This document shows positions 11,674-24,020 of a stretch of 33,681 nucleotides of DNA, one piece after another. Origin of the DNA: Elsinoe ampelina. Its lineage: Eukaryota. Numbering within the stretch: position 1 is the first letter of the stretch; every line of letters begins with the position of its first letter. The notes beneath the pieces are model-generated. The model saw nothing but the letters and a program-made list of their open reading frames with translations, had not been told where the DNA came from and made no database searches. The stretch is taken from the NCBI GenBank assembly GCA_010093995.1, contig ML992548.1, positions 1 to 33,681 of the forward strand, written 5' to 3'. Position numbers and translations under genes: made by a program.

Positions 11674-14419
11674 GGCTGATGTTGGAAGTAGCTTGACCAC
11701 CAAAAAAGGATGAAACGAAAGTGGATGTAAGGATCGATCAAGCGATAAGTTATGACATTGATGACAAGTTTATCTCGTCTCATTATGCCATTCGGGCTCT
11801 TCACAAGGAACTCATCGTGATCTCTCGATGTGCCGCTAGCAAGATTGGGCTAGGCAGATCATTGCTTGATCCTTTGCTCTCCAAACACACACACAGAAGT
11901 GGCAAAACCAGTGCCTGGCCCACTTCATGGGTGGGTTGAAGCTTATGAGGCTACACATGGCTCGTCTTGGAAAGATATTTGCGACTATGACAGCCATGAA
12001 GTAGTGTACCAAAAATAGGTCGGCGGGAGCTCCGTATCGCTATCTGTCAAAGCTTCAGATTTACTTCACGTGTTTATGCCATGATATCGATGACATGCTC
12101 GTCCATGAATTCTGGAGTCAACCATCGGTAGAGGTATGAATCGCCGTGGGAATTTTGACAAGCTCAATCACTCTGAGATAATCGACAGGCCTATCAGCCA
12201 CGATTGTGTCACTGCCGGAGGGGGATCAATCATCTATGGTCAAAAGTGGTCAGAGCGCTGCGTCCTCCTCGGCGCACTTTCGGACGAACAAGTCTTCTTC
12301 CCGCCGTCAGCTCCCTGCCGCAACGGAAAGCAACGCCATAGACGCGTTGATTACACATGCTTCAGCCCAACGAGAACTTGGCCATCGAATGGGAACATGA
12401 TTGATGAACGCCACTATGGATCGCCCAAAGTCTTGCGAGACTGACCGCTCTTCGCTGTTTACGTATCCCCATTCCTAGCGCTGGGGACCCACCAGAAGCA
12501 TCTATCGATGAGAACCTTGTCGAATTTCTCAAGAATTCAGTCAAGCATACCGCCTCCAGAATCTGACACGTCTACTCAACCCGGCTACGCCACACTTGTC
12601 AACATTGTATAGCTACGCCGGTCAAATCTTAGTCAGTCCTTTCATAGCACATGACGAGTATGTCAAGATGACACGGACAAAACAACGTTGCGAGGGTCGT
12701 GCGAAGTTTGTTGCACCAAGTTTATGCTGCAGCGCCATCACCCCTCTCCCAGAGACATATCGATGATTACCAGAAAAAGCCGGCATCTTCCACGTACTTG
12801 ACAGGCAATAATTAGCCGCCGAGCTTGGAGGGACAACATCTGAGTAGTACCAGACCGAATATGCGCACATGAACCGGCGCGTCCGCACGAAAACTCCGAG
12901 CCGCGCAGGGAACTGGACCAGCAGCACATCACGGAATGGATGATCCAGTGCTGGAAATGAGCTGGTTCAGAAAGCATAAAGCCCGTCAGAGAGTTCGAAA
13001 GAGGAGGGCCTATCTGGACTTCGCCTGACGAGAGCAATGCTCTTCAAATTTCACTTCGCTGAAGCACACTGGCGGGGTTTCTGAATCCGATAACGCGAAA
13101 ACGGTATGGTACGTGACCTTTTACTGGATCCGGCTCTAATTCGTCGAGATCAACAACAGCGAAAAAGCGCATACAGATTGGAGTGCTGGGGCGTCTTCTC
13201 GCTTCATTTCGACGTTGACAGAGAGTGAATGGAGGCTTCCCAGTACTCCTTTCAATATCTAGTCCCATCCAAGCCGCGATATGACCTCGAACGCTCAAAT
13301 CGACCAAGGGCAGTCATTTCACATCATGACCGAGTGGTAGGTCTGCTATACGACGTGTAACGCGCCGACGGGGCTTCTCACGCTCGCTCGCTCGATCTAC
13401 CGAATCCACAGATACATTAGAAGCTTCAACGACTCATGAGCAATAAGAGCTGGGGATGTAAGGATAGGCCAACGAGGTCGATGCATATCGGATGTAACGT
13501 CCCAGGGCACCTGATACGATTGCGAGGATCTCAGAAGTGAAGAGATCTTGCTCTGTAAGGCCCCGTGTGATAGGATCACCACCCAGCTACTGTCTCATAA
13601 CGGACTTCTCCATGCACGGATTTCGAGATGGCTGACTCCAGGCCCCCGCACCATTTGAATGCTGGTCAAAGGCAAGACCAGTAGGAGGAAGGGTGCTCCA
13701 ATGCACCGTCTTTGTCGCGTCTTGTAAGCCACATGCGACGCGCTCCACAAGTTACGCTGGTCACAGAGGGTACAGCGACGTCCACGCGCCGATCTCGATG
13801 ACCAACCAAAGAAAGTCTGCCCGCAGGTCGTGCTGACGACAATGCTTCGGCTGCCCAAGTTTCGACTGATATGTTCACCATACAAAGCGCGAATGATCAC
13901 CTTGGCGACATTGTGTGAAAGGTGAAGTCCATAGTCATCATGGACATTCCAAATTGCATGAGTTCGATATGGCATTCATGGTACATGAATCGCTCGCGAT
14001 CAAATCCCCGGTGTTTTGGGAGAAAATCTGCCATGGGACGAACTTGCCGAGGACTTTCGCGTATCGATGCGATCGTGCTCCAAACTCAGGTGCATACTCA
14101 ATTATGACCTCTGTCACTCCGGTACCTTAGTGTCGATCATCGACATGTGGACTTGTACAGCTTGACAAGCGAGTTTTCATGCAGAACTGGCAAGCTCTCC
14201 AGGTGCAAAGCAAGCTGCAATTCAATCTCGATGACAGGGTTTCAGCCACGGCCGTCAACTTTCAAGCGAATCCACCGGGCGAAGTCGACCCTTAGCGCTC
14301 TTTAGCGCCGGACCCTGTGGGACATCGCGAACGCATCGTGGCTGTAAACTCCGATCTATGCAAAACATTTCGATTTCGTTAATTCTACATCAACACAGGA
14401 CATACAAGAACCAGGATTT

Positions 14420-17400
14420 TCATGCACTTCCTACTTCCGCCACTGTGCTCAACGGACGCAGCTCATCTTCATCGAGCAATGCGTCGGGAAGCACGGAATT
14501 GCGGTCTTTGCCATAGCTGGAGATGATGGACTGGGCGACACTCCTCTGCGTAGCTGCTCGCGAGAGATCTCCGGTGCGAAGCTCAGGTGTCAATCCGCCA
14601 GCTGGATTGCCTTCGGCTGACCGGCCGTCTTTGGATTGCTCCTGCATCTCTTGACCTTTACCCAGGCCGCTGTCCTTTCGTCCGAGCCTGACAGTCTCTT
14701 CTGGCTTTGCGGAGATGCCTGCGACTTTGCCCTTGTCGTCGCCAAATGTAATACCCAAACCGTCTACGCTCTGTGTTCTTCCAAAGGCAGGTCGGTCGGT
14801 CTCCTTGACTTTCTCTTTGACCAGATTGGTAGTGCTGGCCCGAGACCGCAAAATCAATGGCTCGACTTTGGCGCTGTCTGGGACTTCTCTGTCCTCCGCC
14901 GAGGTAGGTGTGCTGACCTGCTTGAGCATCTTCAAGGCCGTGTTGGCTTTTCGGAGATCTTTCTTGTAGCCCTTGATATCGAGCTTGTACAGGACAATCT
15001 CCTTGACCAGACCTTTGATCTCGTCTTCATACCCCTGCCTGGCTTTATCCAGTGCCTCTTCGCAGGCTGCATGTTTGGCCATCTCGGCAGAGTTGAGCGA
15101 TAGACTGCTCGGCTTGGATCTGATGGTACTCATCCGACTGGATACGCTATCCCATCGTTCGAGTCTGCTCAAGCCTTGGAATCCATCATCGCCCTTTGCG
15201 CTTTGCCTGGCTGTTCTTCGAATCTCAGTCGATAACAAACCAGACAATTGATCTCTCTCGGCCTCCAACTTGCGCATGATCGCTCTCTGCGCCTTCTCCC
15301 TCTCCTTCTCTCTCTTCTCCTCCACCGATCGTTCCGTCTGCACCCCACCATCAACGTACACCTTCCCTCCACCCTCCAACCTCCTCAGCTCCTCCGCTAA
15401 CTTCTCCCTCTCCTCGGGTCCCAAATTCCTCACCTCACCACGCAACAAATGCAATCGTCCCACCACACTCGTCGGTCCCACTGGCGAAACCCCACCATAC
15501 TCCCCACCCAACGCATTCGCGATCGTGATCATCCCCATCTGCTCAACAGGACTCTTCTCCCTCTCCCTCTCCAACCTCACCCTCTCCCTCTCCACCTCCG
15601 CCAACCTCTCCTTGAGCCCCACCACCTCCTTCCTCTCCCCCTCCAACTCCCTCCTCATACTCCCCACCTGATCCCTCTCCCCCGACAACCTCCCCATCGT
15701 CTCAGCAAGCACCTTCTCCAACTCCCCGACCCGTCCCCCCTTCTCCCCCTCCTCCCTCTCCCTCCTCGCCTTCATCGCCCCGACCTCCCCCTTCAGAGCC
15801 TCGACTTCCTCCCTGAACTTCCCCACCGCGGCCTCCTTCTCGCGGCACCGCGACGCGAACTCCCCCAGCGCCTCCCGGAGATCCACCCGCTCGGTGTTGG
15901 CTCGCTCCAGCCGCCCCTCCACCTCGCGGACTTTGACCTTGAGCGCGCTCTCCTTCTTCACCCCCCTGGCGACCGCGGCCGTGATCTGGGACTCTTTCTT
16001 CTCTTTCAGCGCGAGGGATTGGCGGGCGTCGTCGAGGGACTGCAGGGCGGTGGCGAGGCGGGTTTGCGTCTCGCGGAGCTGGTGCGTGACGGTTGCGAGT
16101 TGGGAGGTGGAGGTCGAGAGGTCGGTGTTGCGGCGCGCGAGGGCGGTTTGGAGGTTTGCGAGCTCGAGGGAGAGGTCGGCGGTTAGGCTGGGGGAGCGGG
16201 GGGAGGGGGAAGGGGAGGGGTGGGACTGCGTGATGGAGGGGCGGGAGTGGTGTGAGGTTTGCGAGGGGGAGGAGGTCGGATGGTGGAGGTGGGGCGGGAT
16301 GTGTTGGGCGAGGATGATTTCGGGGGAGGTGTTGAGGGGTGGGAGGAGGCCCGAGGGGGAGAGGTGTTGGCCTGGTCGGAGGGAGGCTTGGTGTTCGAGC
16401 AGGGCGATTAGGGTGCGGAGACTGGCGATTTCTCGCGACTGGGCGGAGATTTCGGTGGAAGTGGCTTGTGTGATGGCTGCAATCTCTTGTCGCAGGGAGG
16501 CGAGCTCGCGTTCGTGGGCATTGTTGAGGGAGGCGATGTATGAGGCATGCGATTGCCGCAGTGATGCGAGTTCTGTGTTAGGAGACTTGGGCGGAGCTGG
16601 TCTTGATGCTGAAGGAGGCGGTGTGTGTAGTTGTGCCTGTGATGGAGGGGGTGGAGGTGTGCTCTGGGTCGCCAGTGGTGGATTGGGCACGGAATTGCTT
16701 CGTGGTGGATTGAAGAATGGCACACGAGGAAACTGTGCATATGCAGGCGGCGCAGGCCCAGCGCCAGGAGGGATAGGTCCCAGCAGTGCATTGGGCGGAC
16801 CGGAGACTGGCCATGATGGCATGGGAATGAAAGGTCGGCCTGGAGGAGGTACAGGACCGACCGACGCAGCATGCGGTCGTTGAGGTGGTGGTTGTGCAGG
16901 TTGTGTCTTTTCTCTAAGCGCCGGATGCACTGGCAGCTCGACTGTCCCAGCTGATTTGAGATCTCGTACCGTCTGCGACTCCAAGGCAGGAGTAATCTGA
17001 TTCTGTGGTGTCCTCGGTTCCTCGGTCTGGTTCATGGGGGAGATCTCAGTCTCCCTGTTGTCCTCGCCATTCTCCGAAGCAGGTGTTGGCATGGTCGGCG
17101 TCTTCTCCAAGTCATCCTTGACTACCTCTTGCGGTCGACGAAACCACGAGCTGGCCCATAATTTGGACTGCTCCTGGTCTTCCGGCTTCTCCACTGTTGA
17201 TAGCACGTCGATTGACTGTGGTGTAATCTCTTCCTCTCTGGCCGGAACATGCGCTGGTAGTTCAGCCAGCAGTGTAGGCTGGATCTTCACAGCCTCGTTG
17301 CATGGTGTACTCGGTGCCGTCCTTGCTCTTGGTCTACCCACTGGTAGTTGAAGACTATTGCTCGAATCCGTGACCGCAGATCGGGGCGATCTGAGCATGT

Positions 17401-17730
17401 TGTTCACAGTCGACAAGAAGCCATTCGAGGTCTTCTCGTTCAGCGCATTCCGCGGGGTTGCATTCTCGCCATCGTTGACTAAGTTGTCGGTCGACACATT
17501 CAGCGGCGAAGGTATCCGATCCAGGAAAGACCGCTTGAAAGCATTAGTCCACATGTTCGGTATTGGTATGCAGCGAGGCGGAGTCGCAGTCAGTATGCAC
17601 GCACCCGACGTTTCTTGCCTTGACCAATATCAGCTGTCAAACCCTCATTCGAGCTGTCCTCGGCGGCGCTTAGATCGCTCTCAGCTCCATCTTTCTTGTC
17701 GTTCTTGCGGACCAGGAATTTGGGGGCCAT
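14420..17730 (-). CDS. Large Pro-rich / coiled-coil protein of unknown function (~1079 aa); 2 exons: 17730-17605, 17533-14420
   Basis: 1044-codon ORF, plus an upstream exon MAPKFLVRKNDKKDG...GKKRR joined in phase 0 through a GTGCGT...CTAAT...AAG intron. Heptad-like segments (EIASLRTLIALLE, ERLERANTERVDLREAL, EIVLYKLDIKGYKKDLRKA). Confidence 0.8.
15290..16700. other. Strand-skew switch domain 1: C-rich (~15290-15965) then G-rich (~16000-16700) on +
   Basis: e.g. CTCCCTCTCCCTCTCCAACCTCACCCTCTCCCTCTCC versus GGGGAGCGGGGGGAGGGGGAAGGGGAGGGG; boundaries estimated by eye. Confidence 0.85.
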
Positions 17731-18348
17731 GTTTGCGGGCGCGTAACATCACGCTGTGTCGGCGAAACGGACGACTGGACCAGACAAGGTCATAAACTAT
17801 TTACAAGTTGAGTGAATAGAGAGACATGAGCAAATCAAAGAGAGGACAAGCAATTGTCTGAGCGCTTGAGCCAGGAAAGGCTTCACCTTTTTTGGCGCCG
17901 TACTCTGCCTTACCGTGCCACAGCCGCTAATCAATCACTCTACCATGCATCTAGTCCTGGTTCTAGTCCATAAGATTACCACACATGATCGACGGCCTGT
18001 TCCTCGACCGGCAGGATTTGCTGGTGGGCTTCCTGTTGTCGATAGCTCGCTGCACAAGGCTTGACACCATGCTGCAAAGGCAACGAACAACCGAGAGGAC
18101 GCGGTGTTGGTTGCGTTGGAGGGCGCCGGGAGATCAGCAAGATGAAGCAGATTTAGCAACAAAAGGTTCCCTCGGGTCCCTAATCGCTCGTTAAACTTTC
18201 CGGCTTGATCCCGCCGTGTGGGGGCTGGAAATTGCACCAGTTGCTGTCACTTCTGGGTCGGCCAATGACCGTCAGCTCAGCCGCAAGGCTGTGAACTTGG
18301 AATTTTTGTCTCCGCCGGGAAAAACGTCACAACACAGGAGGGGCAGCC

Positions 18349-19320
18349 ATGGCCAGATCTGATGATGGATACGAGAGGTCACGACGGAGGTCGGACAGCC
18401 CTCGATCAGACGACTGGAGCTCGAAAAGGAAGAGCTATCGCGACGATCAGAGCTCTCGACAGCACACGCGACATGCAGACTCCGAAGGTCGTGAGGCCAA
18501 ACGACGACGATACTCCTCCGACGAAGACGACCGACCACGCCCGAGACGAGACGACAGCAGAGACAACTACAAGTCACGGCGACGAGACCGGAGTCGAGAT
18601 CACGACCGCCGCGACGACCGAGTAGCCCGCCGTAGAAGATCCCCAAGTCGAGACGACGACGACCACCGCCGACGAGACCGCAACACCGACACCAACCGCA
18701 CCCCTGTCCGACGGCCCAGCGCCTCCTACCGCGACCGCCGACATGACGGTCCCCTCCCCTCGCAACAATCCTCCTTCGCCCTGACCACGGGCGACTCCCC
18801 ACCCCCGGAGAAGCAGAAACCAAACTACAACCCGACCGGCCTCCTCGCGAAAGAAGCCAACACCGTGCGCACCGACGCACGCAACTCCCGGGCCATCGTC
18901 CTGAAGTACCACGAGCCGCCCGAGGCCCGCAAGCCGCCTGTCTCGCAGGCGTGGCGCCTGTACCACTTCTCCCCCGGGTCGAAAGAGCCAGTCGACACGG
19001 TCCCGCTGTTCGAGAGGAGTTGCTGGCTGTTTGGCAGGGAGACGACGATCGTGGACGTGAGGCTGGATGAGAAGACGGCGAGTAAGCAGCATGCTGTTGT
19101 GCAGTTTCGGTATAGCATGAGGAGGGACGAGTACGGGGATAAGATTGAGAGGGTGAGGCCGTATTTGATTGATTTGGAGAGCAAGGCTGGGACGACGTTG
19201 AATGGGGGGAAGGTGGAGGAGGGGAGGTATGTGGAGTTGAGGGATGGGGATGTGCTGGTTTTCGGGCAGCCGGAGGAGGAGGGGGAGGAGTGGGTGGTTA
19301 TGTTGCCGCCTGCTGAATGA
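18349..19320 (+). CDS. FHA-domain protein, SNIP1/Pml1-like RES complex splicing factor; intronless
   Basis: Arg/Asp/Ser-rich N-terminus, then KPNYNPTGLLAKEAN, LKYHEPPEARKP, FGRE, SKQHAVVQFR, RPYLIDLES, YVELRDGDVLVFG. Confidence 0.92.
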   Translation: MARSDDGYERSRRRSDSPRSDDWSSKRKSYRDDQSSRQHTRHADSEGREAKRRRYSSDEDDRPRPRRDDSRDNYKSRRRDRSRDHDRRDDRVARRRRSPSRDDDDHRRRDRNTDTNRTPVRRPSASYRDRRHDGPLPSQQSSFALTTGDSPPPEKQKPNYNPTGLLAKEANTVRTDARNSRAIVLKYHEPPEARKPPVSQAWRLYHFSPGSKEPVDTVPLFERSCWLFGRETTIVDVRLDEKTASKQHAVVQFRYSMRRDEYGDKIERVRPYLIDLESKAGTTLNGGKVEEGRYVELRDGDVLVFGQPEEEGEEWVVMLPPAE

Positions 19321-19400
19321 GCTGGGAGGGCATATCGAGGTGGTGGCAAGGACGCGGTCGACTGGAAGCTTCAAGAGCACTCGAAGCGGTCATTGCGCAT
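18660..19400. other. Strand-skew switch domain 2: C-rich to G-rich at ~18960-19010
   Basis: Third codon positions of the FHA gene change from mostly C to mostly G/T mid-gene. Confidence 0.75.
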
Positions 19401-19559
19401 GGTTGGGAAGGCATGAGGAACGCCATATTCCCCTCGAGTGTGTCTAGCGGTACGGTGGAATGAGGTCACAAGGATCAAATCAAAGGATAGCGATATCCTG
19501 AGAACACAAGCACAAAATGATCATATATGGCATCAAAATCGTCCTGATGACCATCTCCC

Positions 19560-20740
19560 CGAAATTCTCAAACCCCGACCAGTCCCTCCATACTACCCCC
19601 CTCCCCCTCACCCTCATACCTCGCCTCACTAATAAACGGACTCCTCTCCCTTATCCCCTTCCCCCAGAACAACATCACCACCGGCGCCCCGCCCAACACA
19701 ACCGCAAAGAAGCCCAACAGACTACTCGCCCAATGAAACCCCAACTTCGTGTACATGGCACTCGCAGCCAACGGCATCAGCGCCGCGAACAAATTCTCCC
19801 CGGCACAGACACTCGCCACGGCACTGACGGCGTACTTGCTGTAGCAAGCCGTGACATACGCCGCGACCGCAATGACAATGGCATTGATGCCGTACCCGAC
19901 CATGACCAGCCCGAGAGCCGGCACGGGCCACGGCACGTTTGCGTCGGCGCCCCAGCCGTAGATGAACATGCCGCCCCCGCAGCCGACGAAGCACCCGAGT
20001 ATGGAATGATACAAATGCGCCTCCGGGATGGGTTGGCCGGGCCGTTCGGTGTTGCGGACCGCGGAGGCGAAATACAGGTGGACTTGGAGGAAGTTGGCGG
20101 TCCAGGCGAGGAGCATGCCGATGACGATGGCGGATTGGATGAAGCCTGCTTGGATGGTGGTGAAGTTGTAGAGGGAGGCGAAGACGAGTTCGGTGGATTG
20201 CGTGAAGAGGTAGACGAGGCCGACGGCGAAGGAGGACCAGATTGTGAAGGAGAAGACGACCCATTCTGTGAAGAAGAGGTGGAGGGGACGAGATACGGAT
20301 TCGCGGAGGGTGGTGAGGGGGGATTGGCGGTGGAGTTCTTCGGCGGAGAAGGAGGTGGGGGAGGTGGTGAGGCGGAGGTGGCGGGCCCGTTGGCGGAGGA
20401 TGTTGGAGCCACGGGTTTCTGGTAGGAAGAAGATGAAGAGAGGGAGCAAGGAGGTGTAGAAGATGAGTTGGATCCAGATGATCCATTTCCAGTGTAGGGT
20501 GGTCAGGACTGCGGCGCCCATGACGGGGCCGAGAGAGGAGCCGGAGAGGTAGAGGGTGATATAGGTCGCGACGGGGATGGAGCGGCCGCGTTCGCCTTCC
20601 CAGATGTCGCAGCATATGCCGACGATGCAGTTGGCGACGAGTGAGACGAAGCCGCCGGCGAAGAAGCGGATAATGACGAAGCCGGCGAAGTTTTGGACGA
20701 GGGCTTGAGGGAAGACGAAAAGGAGGAAGAAGACGTAGCT
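19560..20740. other. Strand-skew switch domain 3: C-rich to G-rich at ~19990
   Basis: C/A-rich 19560-19980 and G-rich 20000-20740 on +, within MFS exon 2; the skew fades at the intron. Confidence 0.8.
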
Positions 20741-21227
20741 AGCCTAGAAGCGTGTCAGTAGGTGTGTTGAAAGAGCAACCAAGGACAATGGTACAAACCA
20801 GATATCCCCATCTCACGCTAAAGTCTTCCATCAATGGGAGGAAGACCATCATAAATACTGCGCCACCGATAGTCCAACTTGCCACGGGCCAGTAAGAGTG
20901 AGGGAAATGCTCGTCGCTAATGCCAAAGTACTCGTTGGTCTCATTCCAGGCGACTGTCAAAGCGGTGCCATTCATTGTGCAGGTCATAGTCGCGGTAAGA
21001 CATAATATCGTGATGAAGAGCTTCCTCGTTCGTGACCAGTTGAAGGGATTCCCAGGATCATTGGGTCCATCCCAGTCGACAATATCCACGTCTTGCTCGT
21101 TGACAACAACATGCTTGTCGTCAAGATGATCCGAGTCGACGACATGTATGCCCGGCACAGCCATGTTCTCGTCGTAAGAAACCATGTCGAGTTCCTGCCG
21201 TGAGTCGGGATCGCTGGCCAGGACCAT
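19568..21227 (-). CDS. MFS transporter, DHA1-like drug:H+ antiporter family; 2 exons: 21227-20799, 20743-19568
   Basis: VDWDGPNDPGNPFNWS, RFFAG, LPETR, PEAHL motifs; many hydrophobic segments; intron GTTTGT...CTGAC...TAG joins the two ORFs in frame. Confidence 0.92.
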
Positions 21228-21997
21228 TTGAGGGCAAACACAGGGAGGGGCATCATACTTAAGCTCATGGTCTTAACAGCCCGGAAGGGACGGTGCGTGC
21301 CTCTGAGACACGACCCAAGAGCAGGAATAGTAGGGCATCACCAGCACAGGCCTGGTGCCAATCCAGGACGACCTTCATGATAGGTAGGGAATTGTGACGA
21401 AGAAAGCTTGTTGGACGCGTGAAAGGACTAGACCAGGAACTAGCAGGACTTACGAAGAGTCGCTATGGCTAGGCATGCAGCGTGCGTGGGTGTGTGCAGT
21501 AGCATCATGGGTTAGCCGTTGGATTACAGGTGGTTAGGTCGGTTGTTAGTCCGCCGAGCTCAAGCCACGTCTGTGGATCGAGCATGAGATGGTGTCGCTC
21601 TCAGACGTCGATGTGGGATTCTAGATCTCTCGCGGCTCCTGGATGTTGTCAAAAGTGGAGGTGTCCAAGAAACACTGGCGTGACGGGGAAAAGCAGGCAG
21701 AGATGCTAAGGAAAAGCATATCTTGGTCTTGTGGATCGAGGACTGATGTGTTCCATGGATCTGCGATGATTTACCATACCGGTACTGGGTGCACATCGAC
21801 GTTGAACGGTTGCTATCGCTGTCTTGTCGCTCTTCCATCGCGTTGCTCGCGAGGCGTCGTTTGAATGCATGTGAATCGCGTGCCAGCCGTCTCAGGCTGC
21901 AGCTGTAATCTGCATGCCGTGCAGAGAATAGCGCCAATGCAAGCCAGGTCAAAGGAGCCGACAGGTGCTGCAAAGTGGCTGCAAGGTGATGTGATGA

Positions 21998-22027
21998 AAG
22001 ACCTGGAAGTGGAAGACCTGGAAGTGT
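21998..22027. repeat. 15-bp tandem duplication (AAGACCTGGAAGTG(G/T) x2)
   Basis: Read directly from the sequence in the MFS-GT90 intergenic region. Confidence 0.7.
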
Positions 22028-22326
22028 CACGGGGTCAAACTCGGTACATTTTCGAAAGACATGCCGATGTTACACAGACTAGATACTACCACAATACAAG
22101 CCCAATTGCCATTCAAACGTAATCTTACATGTGTTTTGTACAATCCTAGTCCGAGGGTATCATGATACTTCAATGCTCCATGCCCCGAAATGCTGCTGCG
22201 CCATGCTAAAGACCAGCCCCTCAACCTCCGCCCGACATCACCATATCGCGTAGGCCCAGTCTACCGATCTTTGGAGTCTTCATCATCAAGTTAGTTCACA
22301 ATGGCTTGTCGCGGTTCTCAAGTACA

Positions 22327-23882
22327 TCAGGTACACAGCCTCAACACCCTCCCGAGCCAAGAGCAGCTTGCTCCCTCTCGATCAAAAGCAGTGAGGCTAT
22401 CAAGGATCAGCATCAATCTCTCTGGTAGACCATACGATACTCACATGAATGTCTCGTACGGTGTTCCACGCAGGACGACGTCTCCCTGAGCGTCACGAAT
22501 GTAGAAGTCCGGCTTGAGGCTCACCTGCGCCCAGCCCCTAAACAGCTCTCGCCAGTAACAAGCTTGAGCAGCAGGACTCAGGTAGCGGTCTCGAAAGACT
22601 TCTGTGCCCTTCTTCGCTATCTTCTCTGCCTCGACTGGATGTGCTTCGAGCCAATTGATCTTGGTCTCAAGATCGCTCCAGTCGCGCTTTACTTGCACGA
22701 AATTCTGCTCGGGTCCTTCAGGGACAAGTAGGTGGTCGTAATGCTCCCTCCATTCTCGGTCGTGCATGATGACAATCGAATTGCAGTTTTGGAGATACTT
22801 GCCACGACCTGAGTAGCTCGCGCCTGAGAGAATCAGCTTCGTCCGAGACGTGTTTGCGACAGACCTGACCTTCGGTGTGAATGAGATACTTGTACCGGCA
22901 AAGATCCCACATGGGTAGCACATCGTCCTTGGTCGATAAGGACAAGGTAGCTCGACTGCTCCAGCGAATCTCCTTGACGTCGGCCCATGCCTTGCCGTTT
23001 GTGGCTGACAGGAGCTGACGTCGCAGTGCGTTGACCTTGCCCGCCCCTCTCCAGACAGCCTTTGCGATCTTGTCCTTGAAGGGGGCCTCTACAAGTTCAA
23101 TCTTGTGCCTGATCTGGCTATACTCTCCTACGAGATTCATTTCCCACGACCAGAACCCGAAGTCAGGCATAAGCCAGTGCGACTCATCGTTCCGTCTCCG
23201 GGTTAACGTCCACATCTTATGTCCGTGGTACTCCGTCTCGGGGGTGTCGTTGATTGAGAAGACGAATTCAATGTTCGGGACATCCTCCGGGCTTGATAAG
23301 ATGGCGCGATTGATGGAGCTGAGGATGGCCACAGACCTGCGAACGTCATATCCAGAGCCCGAGTGTTTGGCTTCTATTACATAGAGCTGCAACCTAGTGA
23401 GCATGTATCGATCATGGTCCATTCGGACCGCTCACCTTCTGCTGGTAGATCATTGCTCGCACCAGCCCACTCTCCTTCCATGAGATATCCAAGTCTGCCC
23501 CAGTCACTCCTCCATGGCTCTTGCTATAAGCTACGGCTCTCTCGATCTCAGCACCGACATTGGGAAAGTTGCGTTGACATGTCTCCTTGCTCAATGTAAA
23601 GTTGTCTCTCGGTGATATAGATTCCGGCGGATCATGCTGCCAACTAGCAGGCACGACTTGGTCATGATTCGAGGTCGGTTTCGCATCTGTAGAGAAATCT
23701 GCAGAGGGTGTTAGTGGTAGCTCGTCTTGTTGGAAATTGAGCTACTGCTCACGCCGCGGAGGTGTCGAGCTCGAGTGTACCACGCTCAACAGCCCATAGA
23801 TTACGAGAGACGCGATAACGAGCCCAGCCAGGACTGGAGCTTTGATTGCCCGGTCCAGTACATGCCGTACCTTAAATATCAT
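22327..23882 (-). CDS. Glycosyltransferase family 90 (CAP10/KDELC-like) type II membrane protein; 5 exons: 23882-23753, 23698-23436, 23386-22870, 22823-22445, 22396-22327
   Basis: N-terminal TM (VLAGLVIASLVIYGLLSVV); PNIEF, WLMPDFGFWSW, KAVWRG, CRYKYLIHTEGASYSGRGKYLQNC, FRDRYLSPAAQACYWR; introns GT-AG and frame-consistent. Confidence 0.9.
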
Positions 23883-24020
23883 AGCCACATATTATGGAAG
23901 AAGAAGTGGGAGACAACATCTCGCGCGCCTTGAAGGAGGCAGAAGTGGCTTGGCTCTGAATCGGACGCCTTACATCTTCCTCCTTCCTACGCTTCAAGCA
24001 TCACAAGAAATTTCGCCGAC
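23883..24020. promoter_or_regulatory. Compact bidirectional promoter between GT90 and DUF4202 genes
   Basis: Only 138 bp between divergent start codons; CT-rich tracts precede each ATG on its own strand. Confidence 0.55.

Noticed and set aside
10827..11703. Hydrolase as a truncated pseudogene
   Set aside because: Three further exons (10780-10354) complete the frame and the catalytic triad.
15270..16883. Long antisense/alternate-frame ORFs (15449-16186, 15894-16883 etc.)
   Set aside because: Shadow ORFs caused by high GC and extreme skew suppressing stop codons; low-complexity translations.
18574..20615. Overlapping ORFs 18574-19380, 19517-20425, 19722-20615
   Set aside because: Antisense or alternate frames of the FHA and MFS genes in skewed domains; no recognisable motifs.
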